A stretch of DNA of 64,000 nucleotides from Cyanidioschyzon merolae (lineage: Eukaryota), in the NCBI GenBank assembly GCA_000091205.1, contig AP006492.2; one strand, given 5' to 3'. The notes under the pieces are model-generated. The model made no database searches. It saw nothing but the letters and a program-made list of their open reading frames with translations, and was not told the origin of the DNA. This document shows, piece after piece, positions 12,607-23,558 of this stretch. A program made the translations under genes and the position numbers. Every line of letters starts with the position of its first letter. Positions within the stretch are counted from its first letter, which is position 1.

Positions 12607-13266
12607 ATGGTTACGACGTCGATCAAGCTGCAAAAGCGTCTCGCGGCAGCTGTTGCCGGGGTTGGTAAGAAGAAAATATGGGCTGACCCGGCAGAGATCG
12701 AGAAAATCGCTCTTGCGAACTCACGCCAGTCCGTGAGGAAGCTGCTACGGGATGGCGTCCTTGTCCGCAAGCCGCCAGCAATGCACTCGCGTGCGCGTGT
12801 ACGTGAGCGCCTTGAGGCGAAGCGCAAAGGTCGCCACACAGGACCAGGTAAGCGGAAGGGTACAAGGGACGCACGCTTGCCCCAGCGCGTCGTTTGGATG
12901 CGGCGGCAGCGCGTTCTACGACGTTTGCTGCGCAAATATCGCGCGCAGGGTAAAATCGATAAACACCTCTACCATGAGCTTTATCTCAGGTGCAAAGGCA
13001 ACGTCTTCAAAAACAAGCGAGTGCTTATGGAGCACATACACCGGGCTAAAGCAGAGAAAGCACGTGAGAAGGCCATTTCTGAGCAGCTGGAAGCGCGCCG
13101 TATGAAGAACAAACTCCTTCGCGAACGTCGAGCAAATCGCGCGGAGGAACGCCGGTTGAAGGAAGCAGGCATTTCAATGGAAACTACTGAGCGAGAGGGT
13201 GAGACTGCGAGCAGGTCTCGGCGCCGACGTGGCCGCCGCGACGAAGCACTTGCCGCTGATAGCTGA
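12607..13266 (+). CDS. RPL19: 60S ribosomal protein L19e.
   Basis: '[112 protein letters not shown]' matches the L19e consensus essentially end to end (the 'KRKGRH.G.GKRKGT..AR.P' core). ATG is at 12607. The ORF-track extension from 12301 is an upstream in-frame artefact. Confidence 0.9.
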   Translation: MVTTSIKLQKRLAAAVAGVGKKKIWADPAEIEKIALANSRQSVRKLLRDGVLVRKPPAMHSRARVRERLEAKRKGRHTGPGKRKGTRDARLPQRVVWMRRQRVLRRLLRKYRAQGKIDKHLYHELYLRCKGNVFKNKRVLMEHIHRAKAEKAREKAISEQLEARRMKNKLLRERRANRAEERRLKEAGISMETTEREGETASRSRRRRGRRDEALAADS

Positions 13267-13526
13267 ATGCGCTTAAGCACAATGCGGACGGCTTCGTTCC
13301 CGGTAGCCTGTTACGCAGCATCTGGAATCCTCGTCGAATGACATACCAAACTGAGGCACCTAAGAACTTGCATCCCTGATACTGAAACGCAAGTCTATCG
13401 AGTTCATCGGTCCGCTTCCGCGCTACATTGTACTCCGGCGGTCAGCAGCAGCTCGATTGGACAGCGCACAAGAAGGCACTTTCACTCTACCAGGGACGCT
13501 TTAAGCGTCTTGTTCTACTCAGATCA

Positions 13527-14712
13527 GTAAATACTTGAACACCTGTACCAGCACGGCGTTCTTTGCTATACCTTTTCTATCTCGCGAATATTCAACAAAA
13601 GGTTGTATCCCGTAGGTGGGAGAACGGTCGCGGGAACACTTTCTGCCGTCTGTGCTAGCTTGCCAAGAAAACGGTCTTTATTGTCCATGTCAGGTATTCT
13701 CCGGTCGGCAGGCAGATCAGCCGCTGTTCTCGTGTTCCTTTTGCTGCAAGTCGTACTCACCAGACAGAACACATTTGGCTCTGTCTGCACTGCATTCCCG
13801 ACATGAATGCGTTCCACTCCACATATATTATCTGCGAAATAGCATCTAAGAGACACAAGGTGTGCAATCTCCGCACAGTTGAAACGGACGGTGATAAAGG
13901 GACGCACATGGACACAGGAAAAAACGCGCCTCTGTGCGAGAACGTTCCGCGCTGAGCTCCGTGCTGCCAGTTTCGCGGGGGCATGCGAACGCTTATCATG
14001 CAGATGGCAGATGTTCGTCACACTCGATGAGACCTCGTTCGGGAGAAACGGGGGACATGTGTACGGGCACCCAGAGCGGGAGCAACAAGTGTTCACAGAG
14101 AAGCGACACACGCGCATTCCGAGAGTATCTGCCCAGACGGCGACTGAGTCGTGTGTTTTGCTTTGCGTCGGAAAACGGGTCGAAGTCTTGAACGCCTCAT
14201 GCTTGTTCTTCGCAGCATTCCACGGCGTCTCGTTCTTACACGGCTCCGTGCGACTCTGCGTCAACGTCGCTTTCCATCACCCTGAAGAGGTCAACGAGCA
14301 CGCAGGTGACATTGGCGCTGCGCTGCTCCTCGTACCAGCCTATTCGCCCCGGTCGAGTTCAGTCGAACGCATCTGCTCTGTTGGCGAACGCCATTTCCAT
14401 GGGCACCAATGCGCAGGCGAGTCTTTTACATCCGCGACTCGGTTCGATGGCGAATCGTTCTTCGACAATGCGTTGTCTGCTATTGGTGCACAGGAACTGC
14501 TGTGTTGCTGCTCGGCTCGTGGGCGGAAACGAGCGGAAACGAGCTCTCCGGTCGGTTGGGGCTCCCAGTTCGAGAAAGGTGAGGAATGGATCCTCAAGTA
14601 GAACGAGACGTATATATAGGAGGGAGCGAGTTTCTGTATCAACGCCTGTCCATCGCGTCTGTATTTCGATAGAAAACCGGGCATGGAGTGTTGCCACCGC
14701 ATCCATGCCACC
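13527..14712. repeat. IR-B right arm, an inverted copy of 10979-12172.
   Basis: See the left arm entry. The outer end is near '...catccatgccacctcgca' (14693-14712). Confidence 0.85.
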
Positions 14713-16439
14713 TCGCATAGTTAAGGGGCACAAGAAGAAGGAAGCGGTATATATAAGCATCAACGTTGCGTTCGAACTACTTTGCAAAGCGCGGTGGCGG
14801 CGCTTGGACAAGGTTTCTCGATAACAGGAAAGAAATACCGGAAACGTTTATCCGGACGATGGAGACCGACGGGATGCCAACCAGCATGCACCTTGCGGCA
14901 CGTATGCCAGAGTCGAGCAGTCAGACTCATTTCCAACCGTTCAAGGTTGATGAACAAACAGAGACTTTGTGGTCGGGGTCGATCCGTGACACTCGGCATC
15001 ATAGCCGTCTCCGTACCCCTGAATCAAGAGGGCGGTGCTAAAGACCTACAAGGAGAGCAGATAAAGCAGCTCGAATTTTCCAGTGCTCGATATGATCGGC
15101 AATCGGGCATGGTAGACGCCAGGCGGCATACCATCCAGAGGAATGGTTGCTCGAGAGCCCATCTCGACGCCCTGAGGACGGTAGCGCGCAGAGGGTAACG
15201 CTTTGTGCGCCTCACTCAGAGGGGGAGCTCATGAGCGTCAAACTGGCTCCAGCGGACGATCTTTGACAAGAACGCGTGGTGCCGAGCAGGGAACGCACAT
15301 GGTGCCGGCTCCGCAGAGGCGAGAAGCTCGTGTTCGCAGACTTTGTGGATGATGTGGGAAACGAAGTGACCGCCCAGTAGGGTCGATTGACGGTAGCCTA
15401 TAGCGCTGGACCTACTCCAGCTCACAAAGTCTGCAGTGATGCTCGCTCCCGTCGAGAGCTTGCTACAAGTTCAGGGATTGATTCTGCACGATTTCGACCG
15501 ACGCATTCACACCGTCATGCACGCAGCACGATCTCGGGAACAGGCTGAAACTTGTCGAGAAGAGGCGATTGAATTAGAGACCGTTGCACGAGATGGTGTG
15601 CGATACGCTGCTTGAACGCCCGATGGCGAGGCAATCGGAGATGCAGAGACTGCTGTGGTGTGCTTTCACCAGCCACAATGTGCTCAGGTTCTTTCTGCAT
15701 CGCGAGTTGATCGCCTCGATACACATCTGGCAATGTCTCGTGGTTCCGAAGCGCACAGCGGCTGTGTCGAGCGAACTTTCGGGAAAATCGTCTAGTTCTG
15801 CTTGTTGGCATTGCACTGACTGCCTGCAAGCTGTCGGTAAAAGCGCATCAGTGTTCAAGAACTGCCCGACTGAATGCCCGCTCGGAGCATAGCGCTGGTA
15901 CGGTATGGGTGAGCAATCGAGCGAGGCTGAAGCGGCCTGCTCATACAACGGGATCGGTTTCTCGGGGCAGAGGATGATTGGTAATGGTGTTCGAGTATTC
16001 GATCTTACTGCGTTTGAAGCAACCTAGAGTCCTGTTCCAAATAATCTCTTTTGCCCGAGATAGAACCCATTTGCATTTGCGCCGATATGAGCAGGTCCGT
16101 GTGGCAACGTGGATGAGAGCGTTCTGGAACTCGAATCAGAAAGGTGCGTTCCCTCTCAGCATCCAGCTAAACGCAACTTCTGAAACACGAAACTCTATTC
16201 GATCCGTAGATTCGACCAGCGAATATTTCGTCTTCCCTTGCTCAGAGAATTTTGTACGGATAGAGATACGATGGAACCGCGGCCTCCGGGAGTTCCGCTC
16301 ATGCACATCAACTGTTGCAACGGGTGGTGCTTTTGGCAGTCCCCATCGCACTGCAAGAACCTGGTCCATCTGCGTTGCGTCAACGAGCACCACGACAGAA
16401 GAGCTACGAATTTTCACAGTAATTGTTCTCAGATGGCGT

Positions 16440-16900
16440 CGCAACATACATTTGTTCAATGGAACGAAAACGTTTCGCGACCGGAGGATAAATTAAGCCC
16501 CACCCGCAGACGTCTCCCAGCCATTTTCGACTGGTCTCCTGCTATCGTTTCAGTTTTTATCCAGCCACATTTCGAGACTGGTAGGCCCTCCCACAAAGTT
16601 GGATCGCCTCTGCTCCGCGGGCCTCGTCTGCAGCACCGCACATCTTCTGATATTGAGAGCGGCGTTAATGTTTCTGTTTATGAACTCCATACGTTTCTTG
16701 TCGCCGCTTGTACTCTCCAGTGCAAGTGATACTCGAACTCGTGCCCTCTGTGCTATTTGCTGCTTTGCCAGCTCTCTGTACTTTTCTATTGCCGAAGCGC
16801 TTCGCTGGCTCTTCTCCATTGCGAACTTTTGAAGAGTAGACCCCAGCTCATCCCATAGATTTCTTGATTTTGAAAATGAATGCACTACTTTCTGCTCGTA
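16440..16900 (-). pseudogene. 3' fragment of a family-A TnpB/Fanzor-like ORF plus the conserved 3' tail, on the minus strand and adjacent to the IR-A right copy.
   Basis: ORF 16550..16885(-) contains 'KKRMEFINRNINAALNIRRCAVLQTRPAEQRRSNFVGGP', a RuvC-III-like 'N..NAALNI' motif. The reverse complement of 16440-16500 reads 'gggagacgtctgcgggtgggg...ggtcgcgaaacgttttcgttcc', which matches the element's 3' tail. Confidence 0.6.
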
Positions 16901-16936
16901 GGTGAGGGTCGTGCCGGAGGGATAAGGAATTGCAGA

Positions 16937-17825
16937 AGAATGAAGAAATGTGCCTCGGAGTCACTGTGTGCTGAACGCTTCAGCGACTCGGCCAGTGGTG
17001 CGATGATTACGTTCCACGATACGAAACGCTCCTTTGATGCCGTTGAAATACGGAGCCTACTGAGGAACAGAAAGCAGCCCTGCCCCGATAGAATCGGCAA
17101 AACTTCGAACGCAAAGGGAAAGGTGAATGATCACCTTGTCCAATAGAAGGACATCGCTAGACGTCAGGGGACAGTCTTCAATAATTCCATAAAGTGGTTG
17201 ATGCTATGTATGAGCCTTGACTAGGAGTCCAAACTGAGGTCGCAAAATGAATCCACTGCGGTTCGAACAGATGATGGTATCCCGTTTCTCTTCGCGTTCG
17301 ATTGTACTTAGAACGGGCTCCCTCGCAGCGAATACCCATATACGCTCGGACTGCTTCGCCAGAAGGAAGTCTCATCGACTGAAAGCAACAGACCGACGTC
17401 CCGCTGCGTTATGCGGATTGCAACATTCCAGGAATGCTGTCGATGCGGTTTCGGTGGAAGATGGCCGTTCCTGATCTAGGACTCTGTTTTTGCGACTGTA
17501 TCCCAGTGTTTTGTTTCCAGAACCACACGAACAAGATGTTGAGCCACACGGGCGCCAGTGGTGGCTACTATCGTGGCTTTTGCTTTGTTTAGAGTCATCA
17601 ACGGGGCGTTTTACACCATTGACCGCAAGCAGGCTTTGAAAATATCGGTTTTTTGGCGCTGAGCGCATATTCGTGGTTCTGTCAGTGTTCCTCAACCATC
17701 TGAGTACTGTGGTATCACTGGCCTGAAGGGGGAATGCAGTCCTCGTTGCACTGTTTAGTAAGAATTATCCTGAAGGCAATCGGTATCAGATCTGTGTGGT
17801 ACATTTCATACTGGTTTCGATCTCC
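16937..17825 (-). repeat. Repeat IR-A, right copy, inverted relative to 2026-2910.
   Basis: See 2026-2910. Confidence 0.8.
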
Positions 17826-18660
17826 TGCTATACACCACAGCGGGAGTGAAGCAAAATTGAGTCGAACGACTTTGAGCCTAAGTGCACTCTTTAAATTTGG
17901 TGAGCTGATATGATGCCTACCAGGAGTAGCAGTGCAATTTGCGTGTTTTTCACCAGACCACTAAAAAAGAGCGCATGTGCGGACCTGGAGCACGAACTAG
18001 CTCGAGAATACAGAAGTGATGTAAACCACCGATGTGTCGTGCACTGATGGTTCAGCGACATTGCAGGTCTGAGAAGCAGTATGAAAAATTTGGAGTCAGT
18101 AATCTTATCGCCTCAATAGGCCGGGAAGCGTCTTTCGGAAAGTACTCCAGTGCAAGTATTAGATACGGTGTGACAAATTTGAAGCCATTCATCAGGTCTC
18201 TTTGAGCGATGTGGATACATCTTTCAGAAACTCAGGCTAAAAGTGTTCATAATTATGGAATAAAATGGAGCTGTGCCTCTGCTCCATTCAGCGCCGGATT
18301 CGTTCATATTCTCAAAAAAAAGCTCCTTCCAGATGCTCCTCCCGTTCTGGAGAAAGTATTCGAGGAGATCGTTATGTACGCTGCATTCCGTTCACAAACA
18401 CAGCATTGCATGATGCGATAAAAACACTAGAACGCGTCCGGTGTACCGGGTTAGGCTGCTACCAAGGTTCTGCCGAACGTGGAAAACTCTAAAACAGCAC
18501 AAGACGCTGAATAGCGCGCACCGCTAGAAACAAGCCTATGCTGGTCACGTCGCGGCGCGTGGTGGAACAACGAATCCGTGTATTCCACATACACTGAAGT
18601 ACCGCATGAAAATTCCCAAAATTAAGCTGCGGTGAAATAAGTAGAACTGAAGTACTGCTT

Positions 18661-19017
18661 TCAACTTTCGACGTCAAAACGAAGCGCCTCCAGCTCCTCG
18701 AGTACGTCGTCTGGCAACTCGGCCAAGATACCAATGGCATAACAGCCCGGAACTTTTCGGCTTAGCCGCTGCCACTTTGCAACCCAGCTCACTTTCGGTC
18801 TATACAGGGCCACTAGACCGGAAAACTCTGCAGTGGTAAACGTCAGGACCCTCTCGCGGTCACCAGTTCCAGCTTCAAATAAGCCCGGACAGTTTTCGCA
18901 CCCGTAGGCTAGAAACTGCGCTACCGACTTGACCAAGCCACAGGATAGGCAGGCCCGAAGCTTGCTGGACTGGACTTCAGAGGGCACCACAACAATGTTC
19001 TCAGAGGCTTCAGTCAT
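18661..19017 (-). CDS. SPT4: Transcription elongation factor Spt4, the small subunit of DSIF.
   Basis: 'LRACLSCGLVKSVAQFLAYGCENCPGLF' is the Spt4 zinc finger (C-x2-C...C-x2-C). '...YRPKVSWVAKWQRLSRKVPGCYAI' matches the conserved Spt4 C-terminal 'SWVA+WQ....PG.YA'. The protein is about 118 aa, starting at the ATG whose reverse complement lies at 19015-19017. Confidence 0.75.
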   Translation of the reverse strand: MTEASENIVVVPSEVQSSKLRACLSCGLVKSVAQFLAYGCENCPGLFEAGTGDRERVLTFTTAEFSGLVALYRPKVSWVAKWQRLSRKVPGCYAIGILAELPDDVLEELEALRFDVES

Positions 19018-19119
19018 GTTGTGCGCAGCGGAACCCCCAAGCTGCCACAGAAAAGACCAAAACGATTTTACGCACTGCGAGCTTTCGCGTTTCCGATTGT
19101 AGGGTCGCTCCAGCAGTGC

Positions 19120-22017
19120 ATGCAGCGCTCGCAAGCTTTATCCAAGAGAAACCTTCGGTTCCCTCGTGGACAAGGTCTGCTTAAAGTATTCGAAACCTTG
19201 GACAGCTGTGTGCTTGATGAGCAGCTTGCAACGTTCCTCGAGCCACCCTTAAAGTTCTGCCGCGGATGCTCAAACGTTGTGGTCAAGGTCGTTGACCAAC
19301 ACACAGGCAAGGCAGAGGCTTTATGGCTCAGACGGCCTTCTCCGTTCGAAGGTATTCAGGTGAAGTCTCGAAACGTTTTTGAGCTGGGCGTTAACGAGGT
19401 GAGTGTTTTCGAGCTGTGCCCGCTCAGGGGAAGTAGTGCTACCGGTACCGACTCCGACTTCTTTTACGCGGCCACGATTGGGAGGCCGGCACACAACGCC
19501 CGCAGCCGTGACCCAGTGCGAAGAGACTATGAGCTGCGCGTGCTGGAGGTGCGACTCGAACAAGAGCCCCGTCGGAGTGTCGGAACAGAATCTGTGACCA
19601 GTGCTACTGAAACAACAGCTGGCCTGCGAACCCGGCTCGTATCGTCGATATCTTTGTCCGCCTCAGCGGGTTACGGTGCTCCAGTGAGCATGACACTGCA
19701 TCACGGAATGCAGGGAGCATTGGTGAGCTTTGAGAGTGGGGATGTGCTCGTTATGATTGGTGAATTCCTCAACTCTAGTGAGCTGAACCAGGTCATGCTG
19801 CACGTCACAGATACGCCGCCTAGTTTTACGGCTTTCTTCGGCATGAGGCGCTTAGTGTTCGGCACCGAAAGTGCACTGCTGTGCGTGAGAACTTCCGAGC
19901 TGTTTGCCAGTGGCACTAGCGATACCCTTACAGACCAGAATCAAAATCATTCTTGGAAATGTTCTGCGAGCTCGCCTTTCCATGTCACGGAAGAACGACC
20001 CTGCTCGGCTCTCGTCACACCTGTTGATTGTAGTACAGCTCTGGATCGTGACACGACGTCGAATGCTCTCCCACCGTTTCTCGTATACCGGCGGGATCCG
20101 TCCGTGCAGTTGTACCATCTTGATTCTTGCTTCTACCTGAGCGCTGTGAGCGGACATGATCCGGTATCGATTGAAAGTCTGCCTGACGGATCGGTTGTAC
20201 AGCAGCTTGTCGTGAATCCGAGAGTTCCCGAGCATCCGACAGAGGGCGTCTCGAATAGAGCCTCCGATGCAGGCTGCGAACCTCGGCCAGCGGGAGGCGC
20301 ATCCGAAGAGAGCGCGTCAGAACCGACGTGGACAGTGCTCAGCCTTTTCAATGGTAGTGTCGTGATTGTTTCCGAGACGCTGCGGAATCAATTGTGTATT
20401 CTTCTGCGGCGACCGCTGTTTAACGTTGCGCGGGAAGCGCTGACGATCGGACGCTATTCGCTTGCCCTTCGACTATGTTACGATGCAGAAATCATGAAGT
20501 ATCCGGAGAGTCCGACGCTCATGGAACTCAGATCTCGTGCATTCAATGGCTTCCGCCATCAGATCGCTAAACAGTGCAAGGATGACCTTGTGTTTTGCGC
20601 GTACATGGAAGATCTTTGTGGAGTGCATCAGAACTGGATCACTCGGGTTCTCGCGAACTGTTCTGATCCAGGAATACCGAAGTTACTGATAGAACGATAC
20701 GAAAGCTTTCTGGACTATTCTGTGGATTTGATTGGCCCTGAAAAACGCGAGGCGTGTGCTGAAGGAGGCGTTCACTGTCCTGAGGAATTCGGGGATCTTG
20801 GTAGCCCAGAGCACACCATGCATTCCGCGGCAGAAACGCCTAGGAAAGAAACATTCTGCGGCCAGTTAGAGCATATGTCCAGGACTCCAGAAAGTTGTAG
20901 AAAAACGAAAGCCAAAGGCAAAGCTAACGATCTTGACACATTAGGGAAAGCGCATACTAGCCACGTACTCGATATGCATGAAAATACGCAAGCAGATCGC
21001 GCATCAGCGCATCAAGAAGCGCTGCAACCTGCCCTAGCGGGATGCGCACCAGAGAGCGTTTCTCATCTTCCTGGAAAGAGGGATCAAGTTTGGTGCTCTC
21101 TGGAGCTCACGAACATACCGAATGATATCCGCGATCCCGTGGGGAGCCTTCAGAACATATTTGACAGAGATCTACGCTTGGTGCTCTCAGATACTGCTGA
21201 TGCAACAGAGCGATCCAGGAAGCTCATAGACTACATCACATCGCAGAGGGTTGCGAGGATACTCGCGAAATGCCCAGAAGCTTTGACGCCGCTTCAGTGC
21301 GCTGCTATTCGCCATGTTGTCTTCAGTGGCGAGTACGCAGTATGTATCCTAGAAGCAGTGTTTCGCCTTTTGACCTTCTGCGGCAACGAGGTCCTCCGGA
21401 AAGATACCAGCCTCATTCAGGTGCTGCTCGAGCAGCTTCAGAACCCGCAAGACCTGGAACGGATCCTGGAATTTGCTGAGCTTTATGACTTGAGTTCGAT
21501 GACAGAGCGCCTCTATCGAAGACTGAAACGCTGGGATGAGCTCGCCATTTTCTTGCAGAATCGCGGAAGGTGTGAGGATCTCTTGCATTTATGTTCAGAA
21601 ATCGACATAGCTGAGAGTCATTTGTGGGAGCACGGCCTTGTATGCGCTCTTGGGGAATTCCTGAGCTCGTTACGCGAAGTTGAATTCCCAGTGGCACTTG
21701 GATATGCACAAGGAACGCGCGAACCCGCAGAAACGAGCCCGAAACGTTGGGCGCCTAGCTACTTGAAGCCAGGGGCGTCCCTTCACTCTGTGGTACAATG
21801 GTTGCGACGACACCGTATAGTATCGACAGCAGCACTCCCTATCATGTGCGAACGATTATGCTTGTTGGAGGCTGGACCCTGCGACGATAGACTCACTATA
21901 TCACGTCGTGTCACCCAAGCTATACGAGCTGAAATTCATGCGGAGGAGCGTCGATTCATACAAGAGTTGTACGAGAGCATTTTCTCCACGCCTCGACAGA
22001 TACCGTTATCGTTGTAA
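19120..22017 (+). CDS. Large hypothetical protein of about 965 aa. No family is assigned; a HOPS/CORVET-like or other α-solenoid protein is possible.
   Basis: A 3 kb uninterrupted ORF in a stop-rich background. The first ATG is at 19120, and the ORF-track start at 19021 is GTG. Nothing was recognised with confidence beyond predicted helical-repeat character in the C-terminal half. Confidence 0.5.
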   Translation: MQRSQALSKRNLRFPRGQGLLKVFETLDSCVLDEQLATFLEPPLKFCRGCSNVVVKVVDQHTGKAEALWLRRPSPFEGIQVKSRNVFELGVNEVSVFELCPLRGSSATGTDSDFFYAATIGRPAHNARSRDPVRRDYELRVLEVRLEQEPRRSVGTESVTSATETTAGLRTRLVSSISLSASAGYGAPVSMTLHHGMQGALVSFESGDVLVMIGEFLNSSELNQVMLHVTDTPPSFTAFFGMRRLVFGTESALLCVRTSELFASGTSDTLTDQNQNHSWKCSASSPFHVTEERPCSALVTPVDCSTALDRDTTSNALPPFLVYRRDPSVQLYHLDSCFYLSAVSGHDPVSIESLPDGSVVQQLVVNPRVPEHPTEGVSNRASDAGCEPRPAGGASEESASEPTWTVLSLFNGSVVIVSETLRNQLCILLRRPLFNVAREALTIGRYSLALRLCYDAEIMKYPESPTLMELRSRAFNGFRHQIAKQCKDDLVFCAYMEDLCGVHQNWITRVLANCSDPGIPKLLIERYESFLDYSVDLIGPEKREACAEGGVHCPEEFGDLGSPEHTMHSAAETPRKETFCGQLEHMSRTPESCRKTKAKGKANDLDTLGKAHTSHVLDMHENTQADRASAHQEALQPALAGCAPESVSHLPGKRDQVWCSLELTNIPNDIRDPVGSLQNIFDRDLRLVLSDTADATERSRKLIDYITSQRVARILAKCPEALTPLQCAAIRHVVFSGEYAVCILEAVFRLLTFCGNEVLRKDTSLIQVLLEQLQNPQDLERILEFAELYDLSSMTERLYRRLKRWDELAIFLQNRGRCEDLLHLCSEIDIAESHLWEHGLVCALGEFLSSLREVEFPVALGYAQGTREPAETSPKRWAPSYLKPGASLHSVVQWLRRHRIVSTAALPIMCERLCLLEAGPCDDRLTISRRVTQAIRAEIHAEERRFIQELYESIFSTPRQIPLSL

Positions 22018-22682
22018 AATTTCAAAGACACGGCGAAAGCGAGCAGTGCATGGACATTGACTGCGCTTCTGGGATTTACCGAACCGCGGGCGGCGAGACG
22101 CGAACTTTTCGAGTGTACAGTCATCTATAAAGAAGAATACCCCTAGTTAGACTCATTCAGTTTTCACGACATAAAATGAGGAGTATCTGGTCCAAACTTG
22201 CTGTAGTATGCGAAACCATCGAAATACCAGCCTATCACGGTCACTCACAAAGGATAGAACTTGGCATCCAGATCCGGTTTCTGGAGCTTATGCTAATATT
22301 CCTCTGTAGTGGCACTAAAGGAAGATTATTAACCGAAGAAGGGATACCGCATCTACATGGCATGATTCGAATCGGTAGAGTCTGCATAAAATTCCTGAGG
22401 GCGCTCTTTTAACTAACGCAAGCATGCGAATCAGATGTAGCGAGGATGCGTGCATCCTTTAGAGCATGCGCAAAATTATCCCAAGCGATTCCATCGCTTA
22501 TGCACCATATCAAAGAGTTTTATCGACGGCGTTGCGGCAGCATATGATGCAAAGGATCCGGACGCTAGATGCCAGTGCAGATGAAGCGCCTTCTATCGAA
22601 GCTGTGCGTATCCGCGCTTTATGGGCTCAGTAAAGCGATCGATATCTGGGGAGCACACTCATACCTAGCCAGGTCTCTAGCT

Positions 22683-23558
22683 TTAGCAACATCGATCGAA
22701 CGGCGCTGTTCTTGCTCTTGTGGTTGTCATGCTTCCAGGCAACGCGTTCCTTTCTTGAAGTTCTTTCCACAGAATCTGGTAGACCGAGCCCCCGTCTGTA
22801 TCGGGGCAATGCGGGGCGCGTTCATAACCGCGGCGTTTGTACCAGATTAAAGACTCTGGATTATTTTTCAGGCAAGTGAGCGCAACACCAGCAACGTTCA
22901 ACTGGCTAGCTATACCTTCAACGAAATGAACAAGTTGCGTGCCGATCCCACAGCCGCGCCATGTATCTAGGCAATGCAACTCGTAAACATACAGAAGAGA
23001 ATGCTTCTCACATACAACACGCCCACTTTGAGTGCCCCGAGGCACCCACTCATTGACTATTCTATAACACGCAAATGCCACTGGTACCAGCAATTCGCTG
23101 TTGCATTCACTGCAGGACACCTGGGAGAGCACATGTTGGGTCGGAACATTTTGTGTTGTAGACGACCGGGTTCGTGAACGAACCTCCTTTTCGGACGAGT
23201 ACATGTTAACTATCTCGACAATAGAAGATTCTGTAACGCTTTGCTGCGCTGCTGGATCTCCTAGAGCGGCGGGATTTCTTTGCCAAAAGGCGATAACGAA
23301 CATGCTCGCCAGCGCAAATAGCTCTCGACGCTTCGCCTTTGTACTCCAACGTCGCCAGGCGCCTATTCTTGGCCCTTTGGAACCTGGAGGGACCGCGCGT
23401 GTATGTGCAAGGGAAGCAGCCTCGTTGTATATGGCTCGCATATGCCGTTCCGTCAGGTTCAAAATAAAGTTTTTCAGTTCAGAAGACAAGTCACGAGTGT
23501 TGAAGCTTCGAAATACGAGTCCCTGCATTCCATCACGAAGGTCTTGCCCTTTGATCAT
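22683..23558 (-). CDS. NAA40: N-alpha-acetyltransferase 40 (NatD-like, histone H4/H2A N-terminal acetyltransferase), GNAT fold.
   Basis: The GNAT motif A is 'LYVYELHCLDTWRGCGIGTQLVHFVEGIA' (R-x-x-G-x-G). It also carries NAA40-specific blocks: 'LLVPVAFACYRI' matches human 'SVPVAF.HFRF', 'GAWRRWSTKAKRRELF' matches 'SEWGW.EKEKREEM', and 'SVYQILWKEL' matches 'SYEILSR'. The start was placed at the first ATG (reverse complement at 23556-23558, 'MIKGQ...'). Confidence 0.65.
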   Translation of the reverse strand: MIKGQDLRDGMQGLVFRSFNTRDLSSELKNFILNLTERHMRAIYNEAASLAHTRAVPPGSKGPRIGAWRRWSTKAKRRELFALASMFVIAFWQRNPAALGDPAAQQSVTESSIVEIVNMYSSEKEVRSRTRSSTTQNVPTQHVLSQVSCSECNSELLVPVAFACYRIVNEWVPRGTQSGRVVCEKHSLLYVYELHCLDTWRGCGIGTQLVHFVEGIASQLNVAGVALTCLKNNPESLIWYKRRGYERAPHCPDTDGGSVYQILWKELQERNALPGSMTTTRARTAPFDRCC

